64,000 nucleotides of DNA from an uncultured Bacteroidales bacterium (GTDB taxonomy: Bacteria; Bacteroidota; Bacteroidia; Bacteroidales; CHK158-818): positions 1,133 through 65,132 of the forward strand of contig CASGEW010000003.1 in the NCBI GenBank assembly GCA_949300615.1, given 5' to 3'. Positions 34,245-45,525 of the stretch are shown here, one piece after another. Both the position numbers and the translations under genes were made by a program. The notes under the pieces were generated by a model. It searched no databases. It saw nothing but the letters and a program-made list of their open reading frames with translations, and had not been told where the DNA came from. The stretch's first letter is position 1. The number at the start of each line of letters is the position of its first letter.

Positions 34245-36401
34245 CTATTGCCAATCATCTAACTGGAAACGATTCTTTTGCGTATCTTTATCTTCCTCTT
34301 TTTTAGATATCTTCCGAAAGATATCCCATTTATCTTTCGGGCGTAACTCGGCAAACCACTTGAAATCTTTCAAATACTTCATGTCGCTTTTTACCTGATC
34401 GACCGGCGTTACCACCATATCGGGCTTCTGGTAAAATTTTATTTGCTTCATCCGCTGGTTTTCCAACAGCATGGTCAAAGAACTGCTCACACTTTTGTTC
34501 TGATACAAAATAGAGGAGTCCTTCTCCAGCGGGTAATAGATGGTTTCCACATTCCCGATAACATCTATCTTATATGCTTCTCCGTTCCGGAAAAAGGCTT
34601 TCATCTCTTTTCCGGTCATCTGGTCGTACGATGCCGTATCTTTTTCCTGTGCTCCGAATGCCGATTCCGGCAGATGTACCCAATCAATATTTTCATCGCT
34701 CAGATAAATATCGATAACTCGTCCAAACAGTTGATAACTGGCATTCCACAAAATAGGGTCTTTGTACATCGTCAATACCGAATCGGCCATCACAAAGACC
34801 ATCGAATCACAAACTCCTTGCGACTGGTTCCGGAAAAACCGAACATTGTGATAGGCTTCCAACAACCGGGTAACGGTATCTTCCGATACTTCGGGCTGAG
34901 AAGCCAATAACGAAACATTGGCAAGCGAGTCCGGGATATTCAAAGAATCGCCACTCAACGGCAGCGGATGCTCTGCCATATTTCCCGTAATTTGATGCAC
35001 AGCAGCACTATCTACCCCTGCCAGACGAAGGGTTTTCTCCTTTTCGACAACAGTCGAATCCAGTTGTCCAGACAAGGTATCGCCCATCGCCAATACCAGC
35101 GAATCGACGGCTACGAGTGCCTGATCTATTCGTTTTTGGACGTTACCTTCCAAAGGTATGTTTCGACGCTGTATGTGGGTGGGGATGGTATCGTTGTTCG
35201 ACTTTGACATCTCAACAATCCGTCTCTGTATAACGGACGAATCGATCCGGCTCGACAGGGTATCTCCCAATGCCAAGGCCAGCGAGTCGGCTGCTACGAC
35301 AACCGAATCGACTTGTTTCTGAATATTGTTCTTCAACGTCAGGTCGCGCTTCAACAGCTTCTTGGGGATGGTATCGTTGTACGATTTCAGGGTATCTCCA
35401 TGCAAAAAGAGCGAATCCACCCCAGAATATTCGATAGCCATGGCAGAATCGGTAACGAATGCATATTCGGTTATTTCGTTATAAAAACCATATTGCCCCG
35501 TCATAATGACTTTCCGAATGGTATCGTCCAGAAACATATTCCCGAACACCTCCCCATAGCCGCTGTTGCGGTCGTAATAAATCGTGTCGCCAGAAAGGCT
35601 GCGTTCCTTGCTGACAATCGTCGATTGGTTGTACAACGTAGCGGTATTCTCCTGGGTATTGTACCACCCCAAATCGGAATAGATGATATTGCTGTCGGAG
35701 GTGATGGTAGAGGGGCCTATGATATCGGCGATCTTGGTGGCGGTATTGTATTCAAGGGTATCCGAATAGAGGACAAAACGGTCGTTGGTCAACACGACGG
35801 ATTCCTGAAAAACGGCATCTTTGGTATCCGGACTGTACTGCCCGTAGGTAGAGGTCAACTCATTTTGGGCATCCACAATCCGTCCTCCGTCGAAATAGTA
35901 CCCGATATTGATCTGCTGATCGTAGTTCAAACTGTCGGTATAAAGGGTTACATCCCGGTTGATCATCCGGACATTTTCCCGCAAGCGGGCCAATTGCGTG
36001 TCTCCGTTATAGTACAAGACATCGCCATAGACAAACAGGGTATCTCCCTGCTCCATCCGGACATTGCCGAACGCATCGAACATATTTTTCTTATTATAAA
36101 AGTAAAGGCTGTCGCAATACATGAACATACTGTCGCGACGGAAACAGACATTTCCCTTGAAAATCAAATATTCCCGATTCTCTCTCCTCACCAGAGAATC
36201 GGCATATACCAACTTGACCCGACCCGAATCGGAACGGACCTCCGGGGTATTGCGTACCTCCGAAGTATCAACCGGAACGATCCGACTACCAGAAGCCTGT
36301 ATCGGACGTTGGGCCCTGACAGATAGAACCAGCAGGCATAAAACAGCCAACACTGTTTTATGCCTGCCCCAAAAATATGTTACAATGTTCTGCATCTTCA
36401 T
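34245..36401 (-). CDS. Large OstA/LptA-like repeat protein
   Basis: 718 aa with a signal peptide. Several OstA_N-like strands occur: GNVCFRRDSMFMYCDSLYFY, GNVRMEQGDTLFVYGDVLYY, ENVRMINRDVTLYTDSLNY. The central region contains a tandem duplication. Confidence 0.6.
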   Translation of the reverse strand: MKMQNIVTYFWGRHKTVLAVLCLLVLSVRAQRPIQASGSRIVPVDTSEVRNTPEVRSDSGRVKLVYADSLVRRENREYLIFKGNVCFRRDSMFMYCDSLYFYNKKNMFDAFGNVRMEQGDTLFVYGDVLYYNGDTQLARLRENVRMINRDVTLYTDSLNYDQQINIGYYFDGGRIVDAQNELTSTYGQYSPDTKDAVFQESVVLTNDRFVLYSDTLEYNTATKIADIIGPSTITSDSNIIYSDLGWYNTQENTATLYNQSTIVSKERSLSGDTIYYDRNSGYGEVFGNMFLDDTIRKVIMTGQYGFYNEITEYAFVTDSAMAIEYSGVDSLFLHGDTLKSYNDTIPKKLLKRDLTLKNNIQKQVDSVVVAADSLALALGDTLSSRIDSSVIQRRIVEMSKSNNDTIPTHIQRRNIPLEGNVQKRIDQALVAVDSLVLAMGDTLSGQLDSTVVEKEKTLRLAGVDSAAVHQITGNMAEHPLPLSGDSLNIPDSLANVSLLASQPEVSEDTVTRLLEAYHNVRFFRNQSQGVCDSMVFVMADSVLTMYKDPILWNASYQLFGRVIDIYLSDENIDWVHLPESAFGAQEKDTASYDQMTGKEMKAFFRNGEAYKIDVIGNVETIYYPLEKDSSILYQNKSVSSSLTMLLENQRMKQIKFYQKPDMVVTPVDQVKSDMKYLKDFKWFAELRPKDKWDIFRKISKKEEDKDTQKNRFQLDDWQ
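35076..35380. repeat. In-frame tandem duplication, period 183 nt (61 aa), inside the OstA-like gene
   Basis: Copy anchors GGTATCGCCC at 35076 and GGTATCTCCC at 35259 both end in GGGGATGGTATCGTTGT (35197 and 35380). At protein level, NDTIPKKLLKRDLTLKNNIQKQVDSVVVAADSLALALGDTLSSRIDSSV aligns with NDTIPTHIQRRNIPLEGNVQKRIDQALVAVDSLVLAMGDTLSGQLDSTV. Confidence 0.8.
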
Positions 36402-36410
36402 TTTTTCTTC

Positions 36411-37784
36411 CTACTGAAAAACCCAGCCATCGTATTGAAAATCGCAATTATGCCAACCCTCCTTTACATGTACGTATGTTTTCTTTTGTTGCTCAGCGAT
36501 CCAATTTTTTATCAATTCGCTTTTTTTATGGTTCTTGACAATTTCCTGCATGATCTCATAATCATCTTTTGCCGTAGCTTTGTGTGAAGGTATCCGGCTT
36601 TTCAATTTAACCATGGCTACCAATTCCCGCTGATTTTGGGGATGCTTCATGGTAAACGGCTGTGAAATTTCACCCTCTTTCAGCTGATCGACTACAATAC
36701 CGATCTCCTGAGGCAGGTCCTGCATCTCGAATTTTGTTGACAAGCCACTGAAACTTTTTGAATTGACCATCAACCCGAGATTATTACGGCTCTGTTTGTC
36801 TTGTGAATAGTACATGGCAACATCCTCAAATGTTACCGAATCAGACATGATTTTACTACGCAGCGTATCCATTCTGACGAACGCTTCTTGGCGCTCTTTT
36901 TCTGCCACTTGGGGCCTCAACAAAATATGGCGTACATTAACCCTTTCTCCGCGGCGGTCAATCAATTGAACGATATGGTATCCATATTCGGTCTCTACTA
37001 TTTTGGAAACCTTTTTAGGGTCTGTCAATCCAAAAGCGACATCAGCAAAGGGCTTCGTCAAATTGCTTTTGGTAACATAACCCAATTCTCCTCCATCTTT
37101 GGCCGTTGTCGCATCTTCCGAATACAAAATGGCCAACGTGGAGAATTCCACTTCGCCTTTGTTAATCCGTTCGGTATAATCGCGTAACCGGGATTTCAGG
37201 TTCTCTTCCTCTTCTGCCGAAATTTTCGGTTCAATAGTAATCAACTGTACCTCTACCTGCATGGGAACTGTCGGGATACTGTCTTCGGGAAGTTTGCTGA
37301 AAAAGCGGCGTACCTCAGCCGGAGTAACTTTGACATCTTGCGTCAATTTTTCCTGCATGGTCTTTATTATCTGATTTTCCCGCATCATATCCGTTAAGAA
37401 TTCGCGTATCTGCATCAAGGTCATATTTTGATACTCTTCCAACTTTTCCCGGGAACCGAAAAGCGTAATCAACTCTCCGATGCGTTTTTCCACCATCGAA
37501 CGGATTTCAGACTCAGAAACGGTAACACTGTCTATTTTTGCCTGATTCAAATACAATTTGGAAATGGCCATATTCTCGGGAACTACGCAATAGGGATCTC
37601 CCTCTATTCGCTCGTTATAGGCCCGCAATTGCTTTATCTGTTCCTCTACTTGTGATTTCAATATCGCCTCGTCTCCTACTACCCAGATTACTTCGTCGGC
37701 AACGTTTTTTTCCTGGGCCTGCATCACGCCGGCACAATGGCAAAATATTATAAGCGATAAGATGATACGGTATATTTTCTGCAT
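36411..37784 (-). CDS. SurA-like periplasmic chaperone / parvulin peptidyl-prolyl isomerase
   Basis: 457 aa with a signal peptide, a SurA_N-like helical domain, and the parvulin block GGELGYVTKSNLTKPFADVAF...YGYHIVQLIDRR. Confidence 0.8.
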   Translation of the reverse strand: MQKIYRIILSLIIFCHCAGVMQAQEKNVADEVIWVVGDEAILKSQVEEQIKQLRAYNERIEGDPYCVVPENMAISKLYLNQAKIDSVTVSESEIRSMVEKRIGELITLFGSREKLEEYQNMTLMQIREFLTDMMRENQIIKTMQEKLTQDVKVTPAEVRRFFSKLPEDSIPTVPMQVEVQLITIEPKISAEEEENLKSRLRDYTERINKGEVEFSTLAILYSEDATTAKDGGELGYVTKSNLTKPFADVAFGLTDPKKVSKIVETEYGYHIVQLIDRRGERVNVRHILLRPQVAEKERQEAFVRMDTLRSKIMSDSVTFEDVAMYYSQDKQSRNNLGLMVNSKSFSGLSTKFEMQDLPQEIGIVVDQLKEGEISQPFTMKHPQNQRELVAMVKLKSRIPSHKATAKDDYEIMQEIVKNHKKSELIKNWIAEQQKKTYVHVKEGWHNCDFQYDGWVFQ

Positions 37785-37817
37785 AAGCTCTATTATGTAT
37801 GATTTGACAACTATTTT

Positions 37818-38723
37818 TTACTGTTTTACGTTTACGGTATCGCTTGAAGCCTTTGCCGTTGACTCCTGATTCCAATTATAAATCTGAATCTGGCCTTTTC
37901 GCAAGGCATCGTTATACATATCTTCTTCTATCTCTTTGAAAAAATCTTTTTTCTTTCGGTTAATCAAAATTTCCTGTATCTGAGTCTTGGCAAAATCAAA
38001 GGGCTCCAAACTGCCTTTGCCCATATAATCGCTTATTTTCAGCAGATACCAATAGCCATTATCTTGTACTTCGAGGATTTTGTTATTCCGCAAAAAGGCC
38101 GTTTCGTCGGTAATGGTATAGGGGATGTTGTCCATGACATCGGAAAACGATACCCACTTGTCCATAAAATACTCGTATATAATAGCATTTTTCAGGCTAT
38201 ACTTTTCGATGTTCTCGATCGACTGCGCATCCGTAGTACGACACCACTTTTTTACATCCTCTATCTGCGGGGCATCTTCGGGCACTTTCAGGAACAATCC
38301 TTTTATGATGGCTGAATTTAATTTGAATTTGTCTGCATACATCTCATAAAAGTTTTCCATCTCCGTCTCGCTGATTTGCTGCTCTAAACGTTCGGTTATC
38401 AACTGTTTCTGGTACTCGAATATGATTAACTGTTTTCTATACTGCTCTGCCAATTTCTCTATCTCCGGCAAATTGGGGACATTTCTCAATGCCTGATCGT
38501 ACAACAATTCTGTACCGATCCATGTTTTTACGAAATTATCTACAAATTGAACGCTGTCGGATACACTCAATCCTTTGGGCATGGTATTCAGCACCTCTTG
38601 TTTGTTTAAAACGCTCCCCTTCACCTCTACCAAGGCATTTTTTTCATTTTGAATACGGTCCGTCTCCGAACTGCAAGCAAAAAAAACGGATAGAAACACA
38701 AAAAAGTATATGAATCGACTCAT
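37818..38723 (-). CDS. SurA-N-like chaperone-domain lipoprotein (no rotamase domain seen)
   Basis: 301 aa with lipobox FFACS. It is helical and charged, and sits between two parvulin genes. I could find no PPIase signature. Confidence 0.45.
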   Translation of the reverse strand: MSRFIYFFVFLSVFFACSSETDRIQNEKNALVEVKGSVLNKQEVLNTMPKGLSVSDSVQFVDNFVKTWIGTELLYDQALRNVPNLPEIEKLAEQYRKQLIIFEYQKQLITERLEQQISETEMENFYEMYADKFKLNSAIIKGLFLKVPEDAPQIEDVKKWCRTTDAQSIENIEKYSLKNAIIYEYFMDKWVSFSDVMDNIPYTITDETAFLRNNKILEVQDNGYWYLLKISDYMGKGSLEPFDFAKTQIQEILINRKKKDFFKEIEEDMYNDALRKGQIQIYNWNQESTAKASSDTVNVKQ

Positions 38724-38764
38724 AAACGGGACGCTGCTTGGTTACCTTGGGGCTAAAAGTACAA

Positions 38765-40105
38765 CTAAAAAACGATTAGCCCGTCAAAATTAACGGTTTT
38801 TAGAACATCTTCATCTATTTCAACCGGGTATTTTTGGGCTAAAAGTGTTTTTATTTCTCCATGCTGCCACTTTTCCCAATCGGACATGACGGCTTCTTCT
38901 ACATCTTGATATCTTTCCGGTTTGGTTTTCAACACCTTGCCATATACAAAACTGGCATTGTACACCGAATCGGCAACCAGATCTTTCTGTTTGAAAGCTC
39001 GTTTATCGACGGTCTGATTTTGCCCTGGCAAATATACGCCTTTTTCTATTCTTAAAACAGTTTTTTCGTCGCTATTCCGATGATCTAACGAGGCCATAAT
39101 ATCCGGTATAGAGACCTCCTTTTTCAACTGTTTCCTTACCTTTCTGGCCATCTTTTTATCGGTACACTCCACCACATATCCTTTAAAGAGGGGCTGCTTC
39201 AAGCGATATTTCTTTTTGTTTTCTTTAAAATAGGCTGCAACTTGCTCAGTATCCACCGGCAAAAGGTACTTACGTTGCGAATCGGCAATCAGGATATTTC
39301 GGCCGAACGCTTCTACCTGTTGGGCTATCTTTACGGAATCTTCCCGAGTCAATCTTCGGGGGAAAATCTCCATCCCTGAACCAAACCGTTTCTCCATCCG
39401 GTCAAATTTATTCCGAAGATTGGAAGTATCAACCAGACACTCCATCCCGATGCGTTTGATAATATGCCATCCGTAAGGGGTCAAAACCGGCAGGGATACA
39501 CTTCCGTCCTGTTCCAGGGCAAAAGCAGCGGCCTCGAATGTCTCTTCAAATTCGCCCCGACTAAACGCGGGCAGAAGACCTCCATTCGGGGCAGAGAAAG
39601 AGTCGTCGGAGGCTTCGACGGCTAATTGTTCAAACGGTTCTCCTCCTTCTATCCGCGCATACAAACGGTATGCCCGTTTCCGGGCCAACTCTTTCTCCTG
39701 TTCCGATGCTTGCGGGACAACGGCACAAAGAATGTGAGCAACTTTCAACTTGGGAGGTTGCTCTTGCAAATAGTTTTCAAAACGTCTCTCTGTTTCTGTA
39801 TTTTGAGATGCCAGTTGTTTCCGTATGATGCGTTCCCGATATTGCCGACAGGCTTGTTTGAAACTGTTTGTTGTATCTCTCCCCCGGGCTTTGGCATCTG
39901 CGATATAGAGTTGTTGCAGGATAAACCTGTCCAAAAATTCCGGGAAAAGCATCTCTGCTTGTATTGCTTTTGTCCGACTGTAAGAGGCGGCTATTTCTTG
40001 TACGGAAAACGGCTGCCCGTTTATTTTCACGACAGTCCGCGTCATGTCGGAGGCAAACACCGACATAGACAAAACGACTAAAACAGAGAGAAATACTATC
40101 TTCAT
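38765..40105 (-). CDS. Parvulin-type peptidyl-prolyl isomerase (PpiC/SurA-like)
   Basis: The parvulin block is KVAHILCAV...NGGLLPAFSRGEFEETFEAAAFAL...YGWHIIKR. I set the start at ATG 40105 (MKIVFLSVLVVLSMSVFA signal). The track start at 40141 is a TTG. Confidence 0.75.
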   Translation of the reverse strand: MKIVFLSVLVVLSMSVFASDMTRTVVKINGQPFSVQEIAASYSRTKAIQAEMLFPEFLDRFILQQLYIADAKARGRDTTNSFKQACRQYRERIIRKQLASQNTETERRFENYLQEQPPKLKVAHILCAVVPQASEQEKELARKRAYRLYARIEGGEPFEQLAVEASDDSFSAPNGGLLPAFSRGEFEETFEAAAFALEQDGSVSLPVLTPYGWHIIKRIGMECLVDTSNLRNKFDRMEKRFGSGMEIFPRRLTREDSVKIAQQVEAFGRNILIADSQRKYLLPVDTEQVAAYFKENKKKYRLKQPLFKGYVVECTDKKMARKVRKQLKKEVSIPDIMASLDHRNSDEKTVLRIEKGVYLPGQNQTVDKRAFKQKDLVADSVYNASFVYGKVLKTKPERYQDVEEAVMSDWEKWQHGEIKTLLAQKYPVEIDEDVLKTVNFDGLIVF

Positions 40106-40119
40106 AACATCCGACGTAC

Positions 40120-40174
40120 TAAAATAACAAAAATACACCAACCAGATTTTGCTTAGAATCTTTGTCGGTGTATT
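40120..40174 (-). terminator. Probable terminator/attenuator after guaB
   Basis: On the minus strand, AATACACC...GGTGTATT forms the outer stem with an inner AGATT/AATCT pairing, followed by TTTGTTATTTT. It ends only about 15 nt before the next ATG, so read-through into the parvulin cluster is likely. Confidence 0.4.
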
Positions 40175-40202
40175 CTGTTTGGTATCAATAACGCGATTTT
40201 GC

Positions 40203-41726
<1,524 letters not shown>

Positions 41727-41803
41727 TTATGGCCGAAACAATCTTTTTTGATTGCTTTCAAATATTTTACCTTGTTTGATTTTTTGTTCAGATTCTCTTA
41801 TAA

Positions 41804-41839
41804 CAAATAAAAAGGAGAGTGCAACGTGAGCACTCTCCT
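41804..41839 (-). terminator. Rho-independent terminator after recQ
   Basis: On the minus strand, AGGAGAGTGC, loop TCACGTT, GCACTCTCCT, then TTTTATTTGTTAT. Confidence 0.7.
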
Positions 41840-41866
41840 GTGATATAGAACCTTGGTTTTCCGTTA

Positions 41867-44047
41867 TTAATTGGCCATTTCGGAAATGAATTTGATACGC
41901 ACCAATCGTATCTCTTCTTCGGTATAATCTTTACCAAACTCTTCGATGGCATTTTCCAAACTGTCGGTCTCTTCTTCTTTAAAGTATTCAAACAGTTCTT
42001 CGATGCGGTCTTCGTCCATGATCTCTTGGAGGAAATAGTCGATGTTGATCTTGGTCCCCGAATAGACGATTGCCTCTATTTCATCCAATAAATCGGTAAA
42101 TTCCAACCCTTTGGATTCAGCCAGTTCGTCCAATGCAATTTTCCGGTCGATGGCTTGGATAATGGAGACCTTTAATTTTGACTTGTTGGCTACGGTGCGT
42201 ACACGCAGGTCTTCGGGGCGTTCTATCTCATTTTCCTCTACGTGCTTTTTGATCACCTTGATAAATTCTTCTCCGTAACGTTTGGCCTTTCCGGCTCCGA
42301 CTCCGAGGATGTTTTGCAACTCTTCTATGGTAACCGGATAGGTGGTAGCCATAGCCTCCAAGGATGGATCCTGGAAAATAACATAAGGGGGCAGTTCCAG
42401 TTTTTTGGCTATTTTCTTGCGCAGGTCTTTCAAAATGGAATACAATACGGGATCGACCGCACAGGAGGCACCTCCTTTCATCGGAACCTCTTCTTCTACT
42501 TCGTCAAAATCGTTGTCTTCTACTATTTTGAACGATTCGGGTTTCTTTAAAAACGCATGCCCTTTTTTGGTCACTTTCAACAGTCCGTAATTCTCTATGT
42601 CTTTATCGAGATAACCTCCGATGAGCGCCTGACGGATGACAGCGTTCCATACTTTTTCATCTTCTCCTTCTCCTACCCCGAATACTTCGAGTTCATCGTG
42701 ATGATAAGAGAGGACTTCGCTGGTCTCTTTTCCTGTCAAAACATCGATAACATGGTCGGTTTTGAACTTTTCTTTTAAAGCGATGACAGTATCAATAACT
42801 GCACACAATAAATCTTGAGCTTCCACTTGTTTTTTGGGGTTTAAACAATTGTCACAATTTCCACAATTATCTTCGTTATACTCTTCACCGAAATAATGCA
42901 GCAACAACCGTCTCCGACATACGGACGATTCTGCATATGCAGCGGTTTCGAGCAACAGTTGCTTGCCAATCTCCTGTTCTGCGATCGGTTTACCTTGCAT
43001 GAACTTTTCCAGTTTCTGCAAGTCTTTATTCACATAAAAGGTGATACATTGACCCTCGCCTCCATCGCGCCCGGCTCGTCCGGTTTCTTGGTAATATCCT
43101 TCGAGGCTCTTGGGTATATCGTAATGTATGACGTAACGTACATCGGGCTTGTCTATGCCCATACCGAACGCTATGGTGGCGACGATCACCTCCACCTTTT
43201 CTAACAAAAAAGCATCCTGGTTGGTTGTACGGGTATTGGAGTCCATCCCCGCGTGGTAGGGCAACGCCTTGATCCCATTGACTTGGAGCGTCTGGGCCAA
43301 TTCTTCTACTTTTTTGCGACTCAAACAGTATATGATACCCGACTTGCCGGGTTGCGATTTGATATATTTGATAATATCCTTATCTATGTTTTGGGTCTTG
43401 GGTCGTACTTCGTAATAGAGGTTGGGACGATTGAATGACGATTTGAACACGGCAGCATCCAACATCCCCAGATTTTTTTGAATATCATGCTGCACCTTGG
43501 GAGTCGCCGTCGCCGTCAAGGCAATGACAGGATGCACACCGATCTCCTGAATAATGGGACGGATACGACGGTATTCCGGACGGAAATCATGGCCCCACTC
43601 CGAGATACAATGTGCTTCATCCACCGCATAAAACGATATATCGACCTGTTTGAGGAACTCGATGTTCTCCTCTTTGGTCAGCGATTCGGGGGCCACATAC
43701 AACAATTTGGTCTTTTTGCAAAGGATGTCGCTCTTTACCTGATCAATTGCCGCTTTGTTCAGCGACGAATTGATAAAGTGGGCTATCCCGTCTTCTTCGC
43801 TGAAATTACGCATGGCATCTACCTGGTTTTTCATCAGGGCGATCAACGGAGAGATGACAATGGCCGTACCGTCCATCATCAACGACGGCAACTGATAACA
43901 CAACGATTTACCGCCTCCGGTAGGCATCAGGACAAAGGTGTCTTTGCCGGACAAAAGATTCCGGATAATCGCCTCCTGATTTCCTTTAAAGGTGTCAAAA
44001 CCAAAGTGTCTTTTTAATTCTTCCGTTAAATTTGTTTTTGTTGCCAT
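41867..44047 (-). CDS. recQ: ATP-dependent DNA helicase RecQ
   Basis: 726 aa with the DEAH block VDEAHCISEWGHDFRPEY, the zinc-binding C-x-C cluster (CGNCDNC), and RQC and HRDC regions. Confidence 0.95.
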   Translation of the reverse strand: MATKTNLTEELKRHFGFDTFKGNQEAIIRNLLSGKDTFVLMPTGGGKSLCYQLPSLMMDGTAIVISPLIALMKNQVDAMRNFSEEDGIAHFINSSLNKAAIDQVKSDILCKKTKLLYVAPESLTKEENIEFLKQVDISFYAVDEAHCISEWGHDFRPEYRRIRPIIQEIGVHPVIALTATATPKVQHDIQKNLGMLDAAVFKSSFNRPNLYYEVRPKTQNIDKDIIKYIKSQPGKSGIIYCLSRKKVEELAQTLQVNGIKALPYHAGMDSNTRTTNQDAFLLEKVEVIVATIAFGMGIDKPDVRYVIHYDIPKSLEGYYQETGRAGRDGGEGQCITFYVNKDLQKLEKFMQGKPIAEQEIGKQLLLETAAYAESSVCRRRLLLHYFGEEYNEDNCGNCDNCLNPKKQVEAQDLLCAVIDTVIALKEKFKTDHVIDVLTGKETSEVLSYHHDELEVFGVGEGEDEKVWNAVIRQALIGGYLDKDIENYGLLKVTKKGHAFLKKPESFKIVEDNDFDEVEEEVPMKGGASCAVDPVLYSILKDLRKKIAKKLELPPYVIFQDPSLEAMATTYPVTIEELQNILGVGAGKAKRYGEEFIKVIKKHVEENEIERPEDLRVRTVANKSKLKVSIIQAIDRKIALDELAESKGLEFTDLLDEIEAIVYSGTKINIDYFLQEIMDEDRIEELFEYFKEEETDSLENAIEEFGKDYTEEEIRLVRIKFISEMAN

Positions 44048-44114
44048 GCGATAAACTCTGATTAGAATTGTCCTTGGGTATGCGAAAGCACTTCTCCTTA
44101 TTTAGGCCCTGATA

Positions 44115-44149
44115 GAGAGAAAAAATGGTTCAGCGAAAGTTTTTCTCTC
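44115..44149. other. 10-bp perfect inverted repeat in the clpX-recQ intergenic region
   Basis: GAGAGAAAAA (44115-44124) pairs with TTTTTCTCTC (44140-44149) around a 15-nt loop. The function (clpX terminator or recQ operator) is undetermined. Confidence 0.35.
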
Positions 44150-44261
44150 AAACAACACGCTTATACGTGGTTTGTCTTTTTTGTATTTTGATGAATCGCG
44201 CTTTTCTACCAAACAAATTTATAAACAACTCTTCAAAATTCGCAATAATTTGGGAAGTTTT

Positions 44262-45500
44262 TTAATGCAAAGTCATCATATTTGCCTTTTCCAGCTTCTC
44301 TTTTGCATATTGGGCGTTTATCTCCAATTCTTTTTCGCCCGACGAGGGCATCTCGAACATGGCATCCATGACGACACTTTCTGTGATGGAGCGCAAACCT
44401 CGGGCCCCGAGTTTAAATTCTATGGCTTTGTCCACTATATAATCCAACGCATCGTCTGTTACGGTCAGCTTCACGCCATCCATCTCAAACAGTTTGATAT
44501 ATTGTTTGACAATAGCATTTTTGGGTTCGGTCAGGATTCGCCTCAATGCAGCCCGGTCCAACGGCTGCAAATAGGTGAGGATAGGCAAACGTCCTATTAT
44601 TTCTGGTATCAATCCGAACGATTTCAAATCCTGGGGTGTAATGTACTGCAACAGGTTGTCCCGATCTATTTCCATCCGGCTTTTCCCGGCGGCATACCCC
44701 ACCACCCGGGTGTTCAGCCGTTGGGCGATTTTCTTTTCGATACCCTCAAAGGCTCCGCCGCAAATAAACAGGATATTCTTGGTATTTACCGGTATCATTT
44801 TTTGTTCCGGATGTTTGCGGCCTCCCTGCGGGGGGACATTGACAATAGAACCTTCCAACAGTTTCAACAAACCCTGCTGTACTCCTTCGCCGCTGACATC
44901 GCGTGTAATGGAGGGGTTATCGCCTTTTCGGGCGATCTTGTCGATCTCGTCGATAAAAACGATTCCCCGTTCTGCGGCGGCTACGTTGTAATCGGCTACT
45001 TGGAGCAATCGCGTCAACAGGCTTTCAATGTCTTCTCCTACGTAACCGGCTTCGGTCAATACCGTGGCATCGACTATGGTAAACGGTACATGGAGCATCC
45101 GCGCGATGGTTCTGGCCAACAAAGTCTTTCCGGTTCCGGTAGGCCCCACCAGAATAACATTCGATTTTTCGATCTCCACCTCGTTCTTATCGGTTTCTAC
45201 GGACTGCAACAACCGCTTATAGTGGTTGAATACGGCTACGGAGATAAATTTCTTGGCATCGTCCTGACCGATGATATATTGATCCAGGAACTGTTTGATC
45301 TCTACCGGACGAGGTAACGTTTCTTTGAAAAAACCGAGGGAGTCGTCTGCCTGACGTTTTTTTTGGAATGTCTCTTTGACAATCATGTCGGCCTGTTCGG
45401 CACATTCATTGCAAATGAATCCGTTCATCCCTGAAATCAACAGGGCGACTTGGCTTCTGCCTCTTCCGCAGAAACTGCATCTATCTTCTTGTTTGGGCAT
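44262..45500 (-). CDS. clpX: ATP-dependent Clp protease ATP-binding subunit ClpX
   Basis: 412 aa with the zinc ribbon CSFCGR...CNEC, Walker A GPTGTGKT and the ClpX IGF-type loop region. Confidence 0.97.
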   Translation of the reverse strand: MPKQEDRCSFCGRGRSQVALLISGMNGFICNECAEQADMIVKETFQKKRQADDSLGFFKETLPRPVEIKQFLDQYIIGQDDAKKFISVAVFNHYKRLLQSVETDKNEVEIEKSNVILVGPTGTGKTLLARTIARMLHVPFTIVDATVLTEAGYVGEDIESLLTRLLQVADYNVAAAERGIVFIDEIDKIARKGDNPSITRDVSGEGVQQGLLKLLEGSIVNVPPQGGRKHPEQKMIPVNTKNILFICGGAFEGIEKKIAQRLNTRVVGYAAGKSRMEIDRDNLLQYITPQDLKSFGLIPEIIGRLPILTYLQPLDRAALRRILTEPKNAIVKQYIKLFEMDGVKLTVTDDALDYIVDKAIEFKLGARGLRSITESVVMDAMFEMPSSGEKELEINAQYAKEKLEKANMMTLH

Positions 45501-45525
45501 ATTCCTTGTATAGTATATTTCCCGG

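Noticed and set aside
35313-36326. A 337-aa plus-strand ORF inside the OstA-like gene
   Set aside because: It is antisense to a gene with a signal peptide and OstA repeats, and it has no motifs of its own.
44172-45317. A 381-aa plus-strand ORF inside clpX
   Set aside because: It is antisense to clpX, so it is a shadow ORF.
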